From NCBI GenBank assembly GCA_041663665.1, contig JBAYMG010000004.1, forward strand, positions 8,559-72,558: DNA of 64,000 nt, given 5' to 3'. Positions within the stretch are counted from its first letter, which is position 1. Every line of letters starts with the position of its first letter. Shown piece after piece: positions 52,037 to 63,863 of the stretch. Source of the DNA: Candidatus Omnitrophota bacterium (GTDB lineage Bacteria; Omnitrophota; Gorgyraeia; Gygaellales; Profunditerraquicolaceae). The notes beneath the pieces were generated by a model. It did no database searches, was not told the origin of the DNA, and saw only the letters and a list, made by a program, of their open reading frames with translations. A program made the position numbers and the translations under genes.

Positions 52037-53293
52037 ATGAATTACGATATTAAAGATATAGGATTAGCGAAAAAAGGTGCTTTGAGAATTGAATGGGCGT
52101 CTAATAATATGCCCGTTTTAAGTTTAATTAAAAAAAGATTTAGTATCGAGAAACCCTTGAAAGGATTAAAGGTTGCCTGCTGTCTGCATGTTACTACCGA
52201 GACTGCGGTACTGGCGGATGTTTTAAAATCCGGCGGGGCAGATATCTATATCTGTGCATCTAATCCGCTTTCCACTCAGGATGATGTTGCTGCTTCTCTG
52301 GTTAAAGATTTAAAGGTGGGAGTTTTTGCAATTAAAGGTGAAGATACGAAAACTTATTATGCTCACATGAAATCCGCATTGGCAATTAAACCGGATATTA
52401 CTATGGATGATGGTGCGGATTTGGTCAGCACTATTCACCAGCGCCCTGTTTCCGAACATGCCAATATTATCGGTGGCACAGAAGAAACAACTACGGGTGT
52501 AATCCGCTTGCGGGCTTTGGCTAAAGAAGGGAAATTACGTTATCCAATAATTGCGGTCAATGATGCTTTAACTAAGCATATGTTTGATAACCGTTATGGT
52601 ACAGGCCAGTCTACACTTGATGGGATTATCCGCTCGACGAATAAATTAATTGCCGGGGCTTGGCTTGTAGTTTGCGGTTACGGTTGGTGCGGGAAAGGTG
52701 CATCCATGCGCGCCAAAGGCATGGGGGCAAAGGTTATTGTTGTCGAAGTTGATCCACTGCGGGCTTTGGAAGCGACTATGGATGGTTTCGATGTTATGCC
52801 AATCCGGCAGGCAGCTAAGCTCGGAGACATTTTTGTTACAGTTACCGGGGATATCAATGTTATACGCAGTGAGCATTTTAGTTTAATGAAAGATGGTGCG
52901 ATTGTAGCTAATTCCGGGCATTTTAATGTTGAGATTGATATTCCAGGTTTAGAAAAATTAGCAAAATCTAAACGGGCGACCCGGGATTTTGTTGATGAGT
53001 ATACTCTAAAAAATAATCGCAGGATTTATATTTTAGGCGAAGGGCGGTTAATTAATTTAGCCGCAGCCGAAGGTCATCCGGCAAGCGTTATGGACATGTC
53101 TTTTGCTAATCAGGCATTTAGTGCAGAGTACATGGCAAAAAATTATCGGAAGTTAAAGAAGCAAGTTTATACTGTGCCCGAGGATATTGATAAGAATATT
53201 GCCAAATTAAAGCTTAGGTCGATGGGGATTAAAATTGACGTTTTAACCACTGAGCAGAAAAAGTATTTGGCTAGTTGGGAGATGGGTACTTGA
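52037..53293 (+). CDS. ahcY: Adenosylhomocysteinase
   Basis: 418 aa; NAD-binding '[10 protein letters not shown]', SAHH N-terminal motif. Confidence 0.9.
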   Translation: MNYDIKDIGLAKKGALRIEWASNNMPVLSLIKKRFSIEKPLKGLKVACCLHVTTETAVLADVLKSGGADIYICASNPLSTQDDVAASLVKDLKVGVFAIKGEDTKTYYAHMKSALAIKPDITMDDGADLVSTIHQRPVSEHANIIGGTEETTTGVIRLRALAKEGKLRYPIIAVNDALTKHMFDNRYGTGQSTLDGIIRSTNKLIAGAWLVVCGYGWCGKGASMRAKGMGAKVIVVEVDPLRALEATMDGFDVMPIRQAAKLGDIFVTVTGDINVIRSEHFSLMKDGAIVANSGHFNVEIDIPGLEKLAKSKRATRDFVDEYTLKNNRRIYILGEGRLINLAAAEGHPASVMDMSFANQAFSAEYMAKNYRKLKKQVYTVPEDIDKNIAKLKLRSMGIKIDVLTTEQKKYLASWEMGT

Positions 53294-54252
53294 TGAAAAA
53301 GATTGCGGTTTTAACTACTGGCGGTGATGCTCCGGGAATGAACCCGGCAATTCGCTCTGTGGTGCGTTATGGGATTAACCAGAAGCTGGAGGTAATGGGG
53401 GTTTTCCGTGGATGGTGGGGCCTGATTAACGAGGAATTAAAACTTTTAAATTCCCGGTCTGTCTCAGGGATTATTGGCCAGGGGGGTACGATTTTAAAAA
53501 CCGCGCGCTGTTCAGAATTTAGGAGCGAAGAAGGGCAGAGGCGGGCATATGAAACAATCCAAAAAAATAATATCGATGGCCTGGTAATTATTGGCGGCAA
53601 TGGTTCTTTTGCTGCTGCCAGAGAGTTTAATAAAACTTATAATGTTCCCTGTGTCGGCATAGCTGCTTCTATTGATAATGATATTAACGGCATAGATTAC
53701 ACTATTGGTGTAGATACTGCCGTTAATACTGTCTTGGAAGCTATTGATAAGATCCGTGATACGGCAACCAGCATGGAGCGGATCTTTGTAGTTGAAGTAA
53801 TGGGCAGGGAATCCGGATTTATTGCTTTGACGGTTGCTCTTGCCGGAGGGTGTGAAGATGTACTTATTCCGGAGAGAGAAATAGACCTTAATCATGTTTG
53901 CCATGATATAGTCCACGGTAATCTGATTGGAAAAATGAGCTGGATTATTGTACTGGCTGAGGGTGCAGGCAAGGCCGATGATATTGCCAGGCAGATTACT
54001 GATATGACGGGGTTAGAGGCTCGAACAGTGGTTTTAGGCCACGTGCAAAGAGGGGGCAAGCCGACAGCTATTAGCCGGGATTTTGCTTTGAATCTTGGTA
54101 AAGCGGCAGTTGATTGTTTACTTGCCGGTAAAAAAGGTATTGCTTTAGGGCTAAACGGCGGTAAAATTGTTGAGGTTGATTTTGAGATTGCGATAAAGAA
54201 AAAAGAATTAAAGGTTGATAACTTTTATAAATTAATTAAGATACTAACTTAA
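53293..54252 (+). CDS. pfkA: ATP-dependent 6-phosphofructokinase
   Basis: 'KKIAVLTTGGDAPGMN'; start at ATG overlapping ahcY stop (ATGA). Confidence 0.9.
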   Translation: MKKIAVLTTGGDAPGMNPAIRSVVRYGINQKLEVMGVFRGWWGLINEELKLLNSRSVSGIIGQGGTILKTARCSEFRSEEGQRRAYETIQKNNIDGLVIIGGNGSFAAAREFNKTYNVPCVGIAASIDNDINGIDYTIGVDTAVNTVLEAIDKIRDTATSMERIFVVEVMGRESGFIALTVALAGGCEDVLIPEREIDLNHVCHDIVHGNLIGKMSWIIVLAEGAGKADDIARQITDMTGLEARTVVLGHVQRGGKPTAISRDFALNLGKAAVDCLLAGKKGIALGLNGGKIVEVDFEIAIKKKELKVDNFYKLIKILT

Positions 54253-54318
54253 ACAAGATGCCCGGTGCTAGTTGGAACGATAAGCCGGTGTGCCCTTTTG
54301 GGCAAGGAGAACAGTAAA

Positions 54319-55644
54319 ATGGGACGCAAGGCGCTTGAAATTGATAAGATTGTAATGGATTTAATTTTAACCGAAGATGTTTTGCTTAAAAAGAAGTTTG
54401 CCAAGAAAATTTCGGAGCTAGCTTATAAAAAAGGTATTTATTCATCAAGTATCCATGAGCTTTATATGGCTAGAGGTAAGGGGGAATTTACCGGTTTTAC
54501 GGTTCCGGCGATGAACTTGCGTAGTATGACCTATGATTTAGCACGGGCGATATTTAGGACGGCAAAAAAGAATAATTCTGGAGCATTCATCTTTGAAATA
54601 GCTAAATCCGAAATGGGTTATACCGCTCAGCCTCCGGTTGAGTATACCGCAGTTATTTTAGCTGCGGCCATAAAAGAAGATTATTCCGGCCCGGTGTTTA
54701 TTCAAGCAGACCATTGCCAGCTTAATGCTAAAAAATTCCAGGAAAATCCGGATAAAGAGTTAGAGGCATTACAAAATATGATCGGCGATAGTATTGCTGA
54801 AGGATTCTATAATATTGATATTGATTCTTCAACTTTGGTGGATTTATCCAAAAAAGAGATTAAGCAACAGCAGAAAGATAATTATGAAGTATGCGCAAAA
54901 TTAACACAATTTATCCGTCGCGTTGAACCTAAGGGGATTACGGTTTCTGTGGGGGGCGAAATTGGCGAAGTTGGCCATCAGAATTCTACTCCTGAAGATT
55001 TACGTGCGTTTATGCAAGGGTATAGGGAAAGATTACGCAAAGGTTTAACCGGTATCAGCAAGATTTCTGTTCAAACCGGCACCTCACACGGGGGGGTAGT
55101 TAAGGCCGACGGAAGTATTGCTGAAGTTAAGCTTGATTTTGCGACCTTAAATACTCTTTCCGGAATCGCCCAAAAAGAATTTGGTATTGGCGGGGCAGTA
55201 CAACATGGTGCTTCAACCTTGCCCGAGGAAATGTTTCACAAATTTCCTGAGAATAATACCCTGGAAGTGCATTTAGCTACCGGTTTTCAGAATATGATGT
55301 TTGATAGCAAATATTTCCCCGGTGATTTAAAAGCCAGAATTTATGACTGGTTAAAAGTTAACGCTGCCAATGAAAGAAAAGAAGGTGAGACCGAGGAGCA
55401 ATTTTTTTATAAAGCCCGCAAAAAGGCATTAGGGCCGTTTAAAAAAGATATTATGAGCCTGCCGGTTGATGTGCGTGATAAAATAGCTTCAGAAATTGAA
55501 ACCAAATTTGATTTTCTTTTTAAACAATTAGGTGCAATAAACAATCGTGCGCTGGTTGATAAATATGTTACTTTAAAAAGAGTGATCCTGCGCAAGCGCA
55601 AGAGTGGCCCGGATGTAGTTCATGACGGGGAAGGTGCTGATTAG
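54319..55644 (+). CDS. Putative class II (ketose-bisphosphate) aldolase family protein
   Basis: 'VFIQADHCQ' and 'GGEIGEVG' resemble class II FBA metal-site motifs; adjacent to pfkA; start moved to ATG with RBS AAGGAGA. Family assignment tentative. Confidence 0.45.
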   Translation: MGRKALEIDKIVMDLILTEDVLLKKKFAKKISELAYKKGIYSSSIHELYMARGKGEFTGFTVPAMNLRSMTYDLARAIFRTAKKNNSGAFIFEIAKSEMGYTAQPPVEYTAVILAAAIKEDYSGPVFIQADHCQLNAKKFQENPDKELEALQNMIGDSIAEGFYNIDIDSSTLVDLSKKEIKQQQKDNYEVCAKLTQFIRRVEPKGITVSVGGEIGEVGHQNSTPEDLRAFMQGYRERLRKGLTGISKISVQTGTSHGGVVKADGSIAEVKLDFATLNTLSGIAQKEFGIGGAVQHGASTLPEEMFHKFPENNTLEVHLATGFQNMMFDSKYFPGDLKARIYDWLKVNAANERKEGETEEQFFYKARKKALGPFKKDIMSLPVDVRDKIASEIETKFDFLFKQLGAINNRALVDKYVTLKRVILRKRKSGPDVVHDGEGAD

Positions 55645-55667
55645 TTTATAAAAAGGAGCAGCTTATT

Positions 55668-57320
55668 ATGCGTTCAGACGAGATTAAAAAAGGTTTAGAT
55701 AGAGTGCCGCATCGGGCGCTTTTACATGCAACCGGGTTATCGAGAAAGGATTTAGGCCGGCCGTTTATCGGCATAGCCTCGTCATTTACTGACCTGATTC
55801 CCGGGCATGTCGGAATGCGTGATCTGGAAAGATTCATTGAGCGTGGAGTTTGTTACGGGGGATGTGTTCCGTTTTTATTCGGAGTGCCGGGTATTTGCGA
55901 CGGTATTGCCATGGGGCATCTGGGGATGTGTTATCCTCTAGCCTTACGTGAAATTGTTGCTGACATCATTGAAACAGTTTGTAATGCTCATCAATTAGAC
56001 GGAATCATTTGCCTGACTAATTGCGATAAAATTACTCCCGGCATGATTATGGGGGTAACCCGCTTGAATATTCCGGCAATTATTGTTACTGCCGGGCCGA
56101 TGCTCTCCGGGCGTTTTAACAAAAGAAAATTAGCTTTTGTCCATGATACTTATGAAGGAATGGGTAGAGCTAAAAAAGGCGATATTTCTCAAGCTGAACT
56201 TACATGTTTAGAGATGGAAGCTTGTCCTGGGCAGGGTTCCTGTCAGGGGCTGTATACTGCCAATACTATGGCCTGTTTAACCGAAACTATGGGGCTATCT
56301 CTTCCTGGCTGCGGTACAGCTTTAGCCGGATCGGCTAAAAAACGCAGAATTGCTCAGGCTAGCGGCGAGCGGATTGCGGAATTAGTCAAGCAAGATATTA
56401 GGCCCCGTGATATTATTACTAAAAAATCTTTAGAGAATGCGATTGTTGTCGACATGGCTCTAGGCGGTTCAAGTAATACGGTCCTGCATTTAATGAGTAT
56501 TGCTCATGAGGCAGGTATTGATTTAGATCTAAAGACCTTTGACAAAATTAGCAAGAGCGTGCCGCATATTACGGCTATTGAGCCGGCAGGTGAATATTTT
56601 ATGGAGGATGTTGAATACTCCGGGGGAATTCCTGCGGTATTAAAAAGATTAAAATCTAAATTAAATAATACTTTAAATGTCAATGGCCAAAAAACTTTTG
56701 AGATTGCCGATAGCGCTGTTATTTCTGATGAAGATGTGATTCGTCCATTTTCTCAAGCCTATCACAAGCAGGGAGGAATTGCAGTTCTTTATGGTAATCT
56801 TGCGCCAAATGGAGCGGTAGTCAAACAGTCCGGAGTGAATCAAAAAATGATGAAGTTTACCGGGCGAGCCCGTGTATTTAATCGCGAAGAAGAAGCGATG
56901 AGCGCAATTATGAACAGTAAGATTAAAAAAGGCGATTGTGTAGTTATCCGCTATGAGGGGCCTAGCGGCGGTCCGGGAATGCGTGAGATGTTAGCTCCTA
57001 CTGCGGCAATTGTCGGTTTAGGTTTAGCTGATCAAGTAGCTTTGATTACCGATGGGCGTTTTTCAGGCGGAACCAAAGGGCCCTGTATCGGGCATATCTC
57101 TCCGGAAGCTTCAGCCGGCGGGCCGATCGCCATTATCAAAGACGGTGATATAATTGAAATTGACATAGTCAATCGTAAGCTTGAGGTTAAATTAAGTAAG
57201 GCTGAAATAGAGCAGAGATTTAAGAATTGGAAACCGGTTGAGCCAAAAATTAAGACCGGATACTTATCTCGTTATTCCAGGATGGTTAGTTCTGCAGATA
57301 AAGGGGCAGTGTTAAAATAA
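55668..57320 (+). CDS. ilvD: Dihydroxy-acid dehydratase
   Basis: 'CDKITPGM', 'GPGMREML' conserved ILVD/EDD motifs. Confidence 0.95.
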   Translation: MRSDEIKKGLDRVPHRALLHATGLSRKDLGRPFIGIASSFTDLIPGHVGMRDLERFIERGVCYGGCVPFLFGVPGICDGIAMGHLGMCYPLALREIVADIIETVCNAHQLDGIICLTNCDKITPGMIMGVTRLNIPAIIVTAGPMLSGRFNKRKLAFVHDTYEGMGRAKKGDISQAELTCLEMEACPGQGSCQGLYTANTMACLTETMGLSLPGCGTALAGSAKKRRIAQASGERIAELVKQDIRPRDIITKKSLENAIVVDMALGGSSNTVLHLMSIAHEAGIDLDLKTFDKISKSVPHITAIEPAGEYFMEDVEYSGGIPAVLKRLKSKLNNTLNVNGQKTFEIADSAVISDEDVIRPFSQAYHKQGGIAVLYGNLAPNGAVVKQSGVNQKMMKFTGRARVFNREEEAMSAIMNSKIKKGDCVVIRYEGPSGGPGMREMLAPTAAIVGLGLADQVALITDGRFSGGTKGPCIGHISPEASAGGPIAIIKDGDIIEIDIVNRKLEVKLSKAEIEQRFKNWKPVEPKIKTGYLSRYSRMVSSADKGAVLK

Positions 57321-58994
57321 ATGAAAATGACAGGTTCGCAAATACTTTTAGAATGCTTAAAGCGTGAAGGAGTTGAGGTAGTTTTTGGGTATCCCGGAGG
57401 GCAAATCCTTCCTACTTTTGATGCGCTTTATGGATACGAAGGATTTAAATTTATACTTACCCGGCACGAACAAGGGGCTGCACACGCCGCCGATGGTTAT
57501 GCGCGGGTAACCGGTAAGGTAGGGGTATGTTTAGCAACTAGCGGCCCAGGAGCAACAAATCTGGTTACTGGGATTGCTAATGCTTATATGGATTCTATTC
57601 CGATGGTCGCGATTACCGGGCAGGTTCCTACTGCGCTTATTGGCAATGATGCTTTTCAGGAAGCAGATATTACCGGGATTACCCGCCCGGTTACTAAACA
57701 TAATTATTTAGTTAAAGACATCAAGGATTTAGCCAGAATTATCAGGGAAGCTTTTTATATCGCCTCAACCGGCCGGCCGGGCCCGGTACTTATTGATTTG
57801 CCTAAGGATGTGCAAGTTGCTCAAACTGAATTTATTTGGCCTGAAGAAATAAAATTAAGGAGTTATAATCCGGTATTTTCCGGCCACCCTGGGCAGATTA
57901 GGCGCGCGGCAAAAATGATTATGGCTGCTAAAAAACCGATAATCTATATCGGGGGCGGGGTTATTATATCAGGGGCAGCACCGGAAGTGATGGAGTTGGC
58001 GGAAAGAACCGGTTGTCCGGTAACTTGGACATTAATGGGCATCGGAGGATTTCCTTCCAGGCATAAACAGTCTTTAGGCATGCTTGGTATGCACGGCACG
58101 GCATACGCTAATCACAGTATTATGGAATCTGATTTAATCATTGCTTTGGGTGCTCGTTTCGATGACCGGGTAACCGGAAGGTTAGATGTTTTTGCCCCAG
58201 ATGCCGAGGTTATCCATGTTGATATTGATCCTTCGTCAATTAGTAAAAATGTGCGTGTTGATGTTCCGATAGTCGGTGATCTTAAGCAGGTTCTGCTTGA
58301 GCTTTTGCAGGAGATCAAACAGGCGCCGGTAATCGCAGATTGGTCCAAACATGTAGAGTCTTTAAAGAAAAAATTTCCGATGAGCCTTAAAGATAAAAGT
58401 AAAATTTTGCCGCAGTATGTTATTCAGCAGATTGAAGAAGCAACCGCTGGAGATGCGATTATTTGTACTGAAGTAGGCCAGCATCAGATGTGGGCTGCGC
58501 AGTGGTATAATTATAGTAAGGTGCGTACTTTTATTTCATCCGGAGGTTTAGGTACTATGGGGTTTGGTTTCCCGGCTTCGATTGGGGCTAAACTTGGAGC
58601 TCCTGAAAAGACAGTATTTAATATTGCCGGCGATGGCTCGATACAAATGAATATTCAGGAGTTGGGCACTTGCGTGGCAAATAAAATTAATGTCAAGGTT
58701 GCGATTTTAAATAATGGATACTTAGGCATGGTCCGTCAGTGGCAGGAGCTTTTCTATGATCGCCGTTATTCTTATACTCCGATATCCAGCCCTGATTTTG
58801 TAAAACTTGCCGAAAGTTACGGGGCAGTGGGGATCCGCGTTACTAAAAAAGAAGAGGTTCGGCCTGCTTTAGACCGCGCGATTAAAACAGATAACACTGT
58901 TTTTATTGATTTCCATGTTGAAGAAGAAGAGAATGTTTATCCGATGGTTCCGGCAGGGGAAGCGATCAATAATATCATCGGGGGGTTGGCATAA
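57321..58994 (+). CDS. ilvB: Acetolactate synthase large subunit
   Basis: ThDP enzyme with 'GDGSIQMNIQELGT'. Confidence 0.9.
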   Translation: MKMTGSQILLECLKREGVEVVFGYPGGQILPTFDALYGYEGFKFILTRHEQGAAHAADGYARVTGKVGVCLATSGPGATNLVTGIANAYMDSIPMVAITGQVPTALIGNDAFQEADITGITRPVTKHNYLVKDIKDLARIIREAFYIASTGRPGPVLIDLPKDVQVAQTEFIWPEEIKLRSYNPVFSGHPGQIRRAAKMIMAAKKPIIYIGGGVIISGAAPEVMELAERTGCPVTWTLMGIGGFPSRHKQSLGMLGMHGTAYANHSIMESDLIIALGARFDDRVTGRLDVFAPDAEVIHVDIDPSSISKNVRVDVPIVGDLKQVLLELLQEIKQAPVIADWSKHVESLKKKFPMSLKDKSKILPQYVIQQIEEATAGDAIICTEVGQHQMWAAQWYNYSKVRTFISSGGLGTMGFGFPASIGAKLGAPEKTVFNIAGDGSIQMNIQELGTCVANKINVKVAILNNGYLGMVRQWQELFYDRRYSYTPISSPDFVKLAESYGAVGIRVTKKEEVRPALDRAIKTDNTVFIDFHVEEEENVYPMVPAGEAINNIIGGLA

Positions 58995-59467
58995 TGAAAC
59001 ATACAATTTCAGTTTTAGTTGAAAATAAATTCGGGGTTTTGGCGCGGGTTGCCGGGTTATTTAGTGCTCGAGGTTATAATATTGCGTCTTTGGCTGTGAG
59101 CCAGACTCTTGATCCGGAAGTATCCTACATGAGTATTGTGGTTGAGGCCAAAGATGAGAAGGTCCTAGAACAGATCAATAAGCAGTTAAATAAATTAATT
59201 GACGTAATCACGGTTACTGATTTTACCAAGAAAGAATATGTTGACCGCGAGCTGGTTCTGGCAAAAATAAATTATACGCCAAAAAATAAATCTAAGCTTG
59301 AGGCGGTATTTGAAAAGTTCGTCGGTAAAATTGTTGTACACAAGGATGATACTGCGATTATTGAAGCAGTGGGCGATCAGGAGCAGATAAAAGTTCTCCT
59401 GGAAGAATTAAATAAATTTGGAATTAAGGAATTAGTCAGGACAGGGAAATTAGCAATTAGTAATTAA
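58994..59467 (+). CDS. ilvN: Acetolactate synthase small (regulatory) subunit
   Basis: ACT domain 'HTISVLVENKFGVLARVAGLFSARGYNI'. Confidence 0.85.
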   Translation: MKHTISVLVENKFGVLARVAGLFSARGYNIASLAVSQTLDPEVSYMSIVVEAKDEKVLEQINKQLNKLIDVITVTDFTKKEYVDRELVLAKINYTPKNKSKLEAVFEKFVGKIVVHKDDTAIIEAVGDQEQIKVLLEELNKFGIKELVRTGKLAISN

Positions 59468-59577
59468 TAAAACCACCCGCGTTAAAGATACTCGACGTAA
59501 TAAGAATTACGCCGGGTGCGTGCAAGTCAGCACGAGATTGCGCGGGTCTAGCCTTTAAGGGCAAGGAGGATTAGAGA

Positions 59578-60570
59578 ATGGCAAAGATTTATTATGACAA
59601 AGATGCAGATTTAAATTTATTAAAAGATAAGACTATTGCGATAATTGGCTATGGTATTCAGGGCCGCGGGCAGTCTTTATGTTTGCGCGATTCAGGAATC
59701 AGGGTGGTGGTTTCCGAAATGGAAGGCACTCCTAATTTTGAATTGGCAAAAAAAGATGGTTTTACTCCGGTCAGTGCTGCTGAAGCTGCCAAAGCTGCAG
59801 ATATCATCCAGATACTTACTCAGGATCATACGCAGGCCAAAGTTTATCTTGAATCCATTAAGCCGAATTTGAAAAAAGGTAAAGCACTTTGTTTCTCGCA
59901 TGGGTTTAATATTCGCTTCAAACAAATTAAGCCTCCAAAAAATGTGGATGTATTCATGGTTGCCCCAAAAGGCCCCGGAGCTTTAGTTAGAAAAATGTAT
60001 GAAGAGGGTAAAGGCGTGCCATCATTGATTGCAATTTATCAGGATGCAACCGGACAGGCAAAAGCATTAGCTTTAGCTTATGCTAAAGGGCTTAAGGCAA
60101 CTACTGCCGGAGTAATTGAAACAACATTCGATGAAGAGACTGAGACTGATCTTTTCGGAGAGCAGGCAGTGCTTTGCGGCGGAGTCAGTGAATTAATCAA
60201 AGCCGGTTTTGATACTTTGATCGAGGCAGGTTATCAGCCGGAGATTGCCTATTTTGAAGTTTTACATGAATTAAAGTTAATTACCGATCTTATCCAGGAG
60301 CGTGGTATTTCCGGAATGCGTAGAGGTGTATCGAATACCGCCTGCTACGGTGATTTAACTCGCGGCCCAAGGTTGATCAATCAGAAAACACGCAAAGAAA
60401 TGCAGAAGATCCTTAAAGAAATCAAATCCGGAAAATTCGCTAAAGAGTGGATTAAAGAAAATGAAACCGGACGTAAGAATTTTGATAGTTTAATTAAAGC
60501 CGGGGATGATCACTTAATTGAAAAAGTTGGAAAGCAATTAAGAGAGATGATGCCTTGGATGAAGAAATAA
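59578..60570 (+). CDS. ilvC: Ketol-acid reductoisomerase
   Basis: '[21 protein letters not shown]' and conserved KARI sequence. Confidence 0.95.
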   Translation: MAKIYYDKDADLNLLKDKTIAIIGYGIQGRGQSLCLRDSGIRVVVSEMEGTPNFELAKKDGFTPVSAAEAAKAADIIQILTQDHTQAKVYLESIKPNLKKGKALCFSHGFNIRFKQIKPPKNVDVFMVAPKGPGALVRKMYEEGKGVPSLIAIYQDATGQAKALALAYAKGLKATTAGVIETTFDEETETDLFGEQAVLCGGVSELIKAGFDTLIEAGYQPEIAYFEVLHELKLITDLIQERGISGMRRGVSNTACYGDLTRGPRLINQKTRKEMQKILKEIKSGKFAKEWIKENETGRKNFDSLIKAGDDHLIEKVGKQLREMMPWMKK

Positions 60571-60595
60571 GAAGTTACAAGTTAGAGATTATGTT

Positions 60596-60663
60596 TTGGC
60601 GGGTCCTGTTTTGGGTATTTTCTTGCGCTGACGCGCTTCGAAAATACCCAAGCCTCCCGCCAA
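60596..60663 (+). promoter_or_regulatory. Nested imperfect inverted repeat between ilvC and leuA (terminator or leader element)
   Basis: TTGGCGGG...TGGGTATTTTC / GAAAATACCCA...CCCGCCAA arms enclosing GCGC-TGAC-GCGC. Confidence 0.35.
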
Positions 60664-60703
60664 TATTAAGTTATTAATTTATAGGTTTAAGATAGGGGTA
60701 AGT

Positions 60704-62212
60704 TTGGTGGAGAAGTTAATAATTTTTGATACAACCTTAAGAGATGGGGAGCAGGCGCCAGGAGCTTCTTTGAATCATAAAGAGAAGCTTGAGGTGGCAC
60801 TCTTTCTGCAAGATTTGGGAGTTAATGTTATTGAGGCAGGATTTCCTATTTCCTCGAAGGGGGATTTTGCGGCGACTCAAGAGGTTGCGAAAATTATTAA
60901 ATCATCAATTGTTTGTGGTTTGGCCCGGGCAATAAAAAAAGATATAGATGCTGCAGCCCAGGCAACAAAACTAGCTAAAAGGCCGCGCATTCATGTATTT
61001 TTGGCAACATCAAAAATACATATGCAGTATAAGCTAAAAAAAGCTGAAGGTGAAATTTTGCGCTTGGCGGTTGAAGCAGTAAGCTATGCTAAAAAATTCT
61101 GCCCGGATGTGGAATTCTCACCGGAAGATGCTAGCCGTACCGAGCGGGATTTTCTGTTTCAGGTAGTTGAGGCGGTAATAAAAGCCGGCGCGACTACAGT
61201 TAATATTCCGGATACGGTTGGTTATACTGAGCCGGAAGAATATGGCGCACTGATTAGGGCAATTAAAGAGAATGTCCCGAATATTGATCAAGCGGTTATA
61301 TCTGTGCATTGCCATAATGATTTAGGTTTGGCAGTAGCTAATTCTTTAGCGGCGATAAAGAATGGCGCGCGCCAGGTTGAATGTACTATTAATGGTATCG
61401 GAGAGCGTGCCGGTAATGCGTCACTTGAAGAAATAGTGATGAACATCGATACGCGCAAAGATATATATCCTGCCCTTAAGACCGATATAGTTAAAAAAAA
61501 TCTTTATCAAGCCAGCCGCCTGGTTAGTAAGCTCACTGGTTTTGTGGTTGCTCCGAATAAAGCTATTGTCGGTGGGAATGCTTTTAGGCATGAATCCGGA
61601 ATTCATCAGGATGGCCTGCTAAAGGAGCGTTCAACTTATGAAATTATCCGCGGCGAGGATGTCGGCTTTCAAATTGAAGGTTTGGTTTTAGGTAAACATT
61701 CCGGCCGGCATGCTTTTAATGAAAGGTTAATTAAGCTGGGTTTCCATTTAAATGAGATTCATATAAATAAAGCTTTTGAGCGCTTCAAGGATCTATGTGA
61801 TAAAAAGAAGGATATCTACGATGATGATTTAAGAGCCATTGTTGAGGATGAAATCCGCATCATTAAGCCTCTCTGGAAGCTGGATAGTTTTGAAATCAGT
61901 TCCGGGACTAAAATTGAATCTAAAGCTAAGGTTGTGCTGATTAAAAACAGTAAAACTATATTTTCGATTTCTTCAGGCGACGGTCCGGTAGATGCTTGTT
62001 TTAAAGCTATAGATAAAATTACCGGCTATAAAGCTAAGCTTGAAGATTTTCGTCTCGAAGCAGTTACTTCAGGTAAGGATGCTTTAGGCCAGGTTAGCCT
62101 TAAACTTAAAATTAAGGATCAAATTATTAGCGGGCGCGGAGCAAGTACAGATATTGTCGAAGCTGCAGTTAAAGCCTACATTGATGCGGCTAACAAATTA
62201 GAAAATAAATGA
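60704..62212 (+). CDS. leuA: 2-isopropylmalate synthase
   Basis: '[11 protein letters not shown]', 'HCHNDLGLA'; TTG start. Confidence 0.9.
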   Translation: MVEKLIIFDTTLRDGEQAPGASLNHKEKLEVALFLQDLGVNVIEAGFPISSKGDFAATQEVAKIIKSSIVCGLARAIKKDIDAAAQATKLAKRPRIHVFLATSKIHMQYKLKKAEGEILRLAVEAVSYAKKFCPDVEFSPEDASRTERDFLFQVVEAVIKAGATTVNIPDTVGYTEPEEYGALIRAIKENVPNIDQAVISVHCHNDLGLAVANSLAAIKNGARQVECTINGIGERAGNASLEEIVMNIDTRKDIYPALKTDIVKKNLYQASRLVSKLTGFVVAPNKAIVGGNAFRHESGIHQDGLLKERSTYEIIRGEDVGFQIEGLVLGKHSGRHAFNERLIKLGFHLNEIHINKAFERFKDLCDKKKDIYDDDLRAIVEDEIRIIKPLWKLDSFEISSGTKIESKAKVVLIKNSKTIFSISSGDGPVDACFKAIDKITGYKAKLEDFRLEAVTSGKDALGQVSLKLKIKDQIISGRGASTDIVEAAVKAYIDAANKLENK

Positions 62213-63048
62213 CCTTAAAGCCAAAACTCTACGGTTTAGTAGGTTTCCCTATCAAGCATAGCCTCTCACCTTGCATGCACAATGCAGCATTTGCCAAGCT
62301 TAAAATTAAAGCAAAATATAAATTATTTGAATTAAAGCCTGAGGAGTTTAAAGGGTTTCTACAGAACCTAAAGAAAAAAAATATCTCCGGTTTTAATGTT
62401 ACCTATCCCTATAAAGAGCAGGTTCTTGAATTTTTGAATAGTAAATCTCCCGGGGTAAAAGAAATCGGTGCAGCTAATACCGTATTGGTAAAAAATGGCA
62501 AGCTAAAAGGTTTTAATACCGATTATTTGGGGTTTAGTGCGCACCTTAAGGAATTGAAAGTTAAACCTAAAAAAGTAGCAGTAATCGGCGCCGGAGGGGC
62601 AGCTAAGGCAGTTTGTTTAGCTTTGGTTAAAATGAAAATTAACGAACTTTGTATTTATGATATTGATAAATTTAAAAGTTTAAGCCTTTTTAAAAAATTA
62701 AATGCTAATTTCCCAAAAATACGATTTAATGTTGCTAGTCGTATTGAAGATTTGGAAATATCCAATAAGGATTTTCTGGTTAATGCTTCTCCGGTTGGCA
62801 TGCGGGAGCAGGATCCGTGTTTGTTTAAGCCCCAGGATTTGCATGATAATTTGTTTGTTTACGATTTAATTTACAAGCCGGATGAAACAAAATTAATTTC
62901 TTTAGCTAAAGAATGTAACCTGAATTTTTCTAATGGGCTGGGGATGCTTTTATACCAGGGAGTTTTTGCCTTTAAATATTTTTCCGGTAGAATCCCTCCG
63001 GTTGAGACTATGAGAGAAGCGCTTTTGAAAGGAGTAAAGAGGAGATGA
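62209..63048 (+). CDS. aroE: Shikimate dehydrogenase
   Basis: 'LYGLVGFPIKHSLSPCMHNAAF', 'VIGAGGAAKAV'. Confidence 0.85.
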   Translation: MTLKPKLYGLVGFPIKHSLSPCMHNAAFAKLKIKAKYKLFELKPEEFKGFLQNLKKKNISGFNVTYPYKEQVLEFLNSKSPGVKEIGAANTVLVKNGKLKGFNTDYLGFSAHLKELKVKPKKVAVIGAGGAAKAVCLALVKMKINELCIYDIDKFKSLSLFKKLNANFPKIRFNVASRIEDLEISNKDFLVNASPVGMREQDPCLFKPQDLHDNLFVYDLIYKPDETKLISLAKECNLNFSNGLGMLLYQGVFAFKYFSGRIPPVETMREALLKGVKRR

Positions 63049-63854
63049 TTGCCCGCATAGTTGTTTTTATTTTTGGTTCTCTCGTTGGAAGCTTCTTAAA
63101 TGTATGCATCCATCGTATGCCTAAAGAAGAATCCGTTGTTTGGCCGCGCTCACATTGTCCGAAATGCCAAAAAAGAATTCCCGGTTATGATAATATCCCT
63201 TTTTTAAGTTTTATTCTTTTAAGGGGTAAATGCCGCTTTTGCCGGGAGAAAATTTCCTGGCGTTACCCGTTAGTTGAGTTGCTAACCGCAATTCTTATGG
63301 TTGCGCTTTTTAATCGCTTTGGTTTGAATTATCCCTTTTTTCTATATATGGTTATGATTTGGGGTTTAATTATTGCGACCTTTGTGGATATTGATTACCG
63401 TATTATTCCGGACGAGATATCTGTGGGGGGTATGATTATAGGTTTTATTATGGTTGCTATAACCGGTTTTGCAATCAGCCCGTTAAAATTTACCTTTTTC
63501 CCGATGCTGCGGTCTCTAGCTGGTATAATCATTGGCGGCGGGATTATCTATTTGACCGGAGTGTTCTTTGATTTGGTTTATTTTAAACTGCTTAAGCATC
63601 CGCCAATTAATGGAGAAACCGAATCCATGGGTGGAGGAGATGTTAAGCTTCTGGCTATGATTGGTGCGTTTATGGGTTGGAAATTAGCTTTACTTACTTT
63701 TTTTCTTGCTCCATTTTTAGGTATAGTTATTGGTATCATAAACCTGGTTTCAAAAAAGGATCATACGATTCCTTACGGCCCGTTTCTTTCCCTTGCGGCT
63801 TTAGTATCTTTATTCTGGGGAAACCGGATCATTCAGTTACTCTTCCTAAGGTAA
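63045..63854 (+). CDS. pilD: Type IV prepilin leader peptidase (A24 family)
   Basis: N-terminal Zn-binding 'CPKCQKR...CRFCREKISWRYP'; multi-TM. Confidence 0.8.
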   Translation: MIARIVVFIFGSLVGSFLNVCIHRMPKEESVVWPRSHCPKCQKRIPGYDNIPFLSFILLRGKCRFCREKISWRYPLVELLTAILMVALFNRFGLNYPFFLYMVMIWGLIIATFVDIDYRIIPDEISVGGMIIGFIMVAITGFAISPLKFTFFPMLRSLAGIIIGGGIIYLTGVFFDLVYFKLLKHPPINGETESMGGGDVKLLAMIGAFMGWKLALLTFFLAPFLGIVIGIINLVSKKDHTIPYGPFLSLAALVSLFWGNRIIQLLFLR

Positions 63855-63863
63855 ACGAAAAAT

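Noticed and set aside
53512-53916. 134-aa minus-strand ORF
   Set aside because: Antisense within pfkA.
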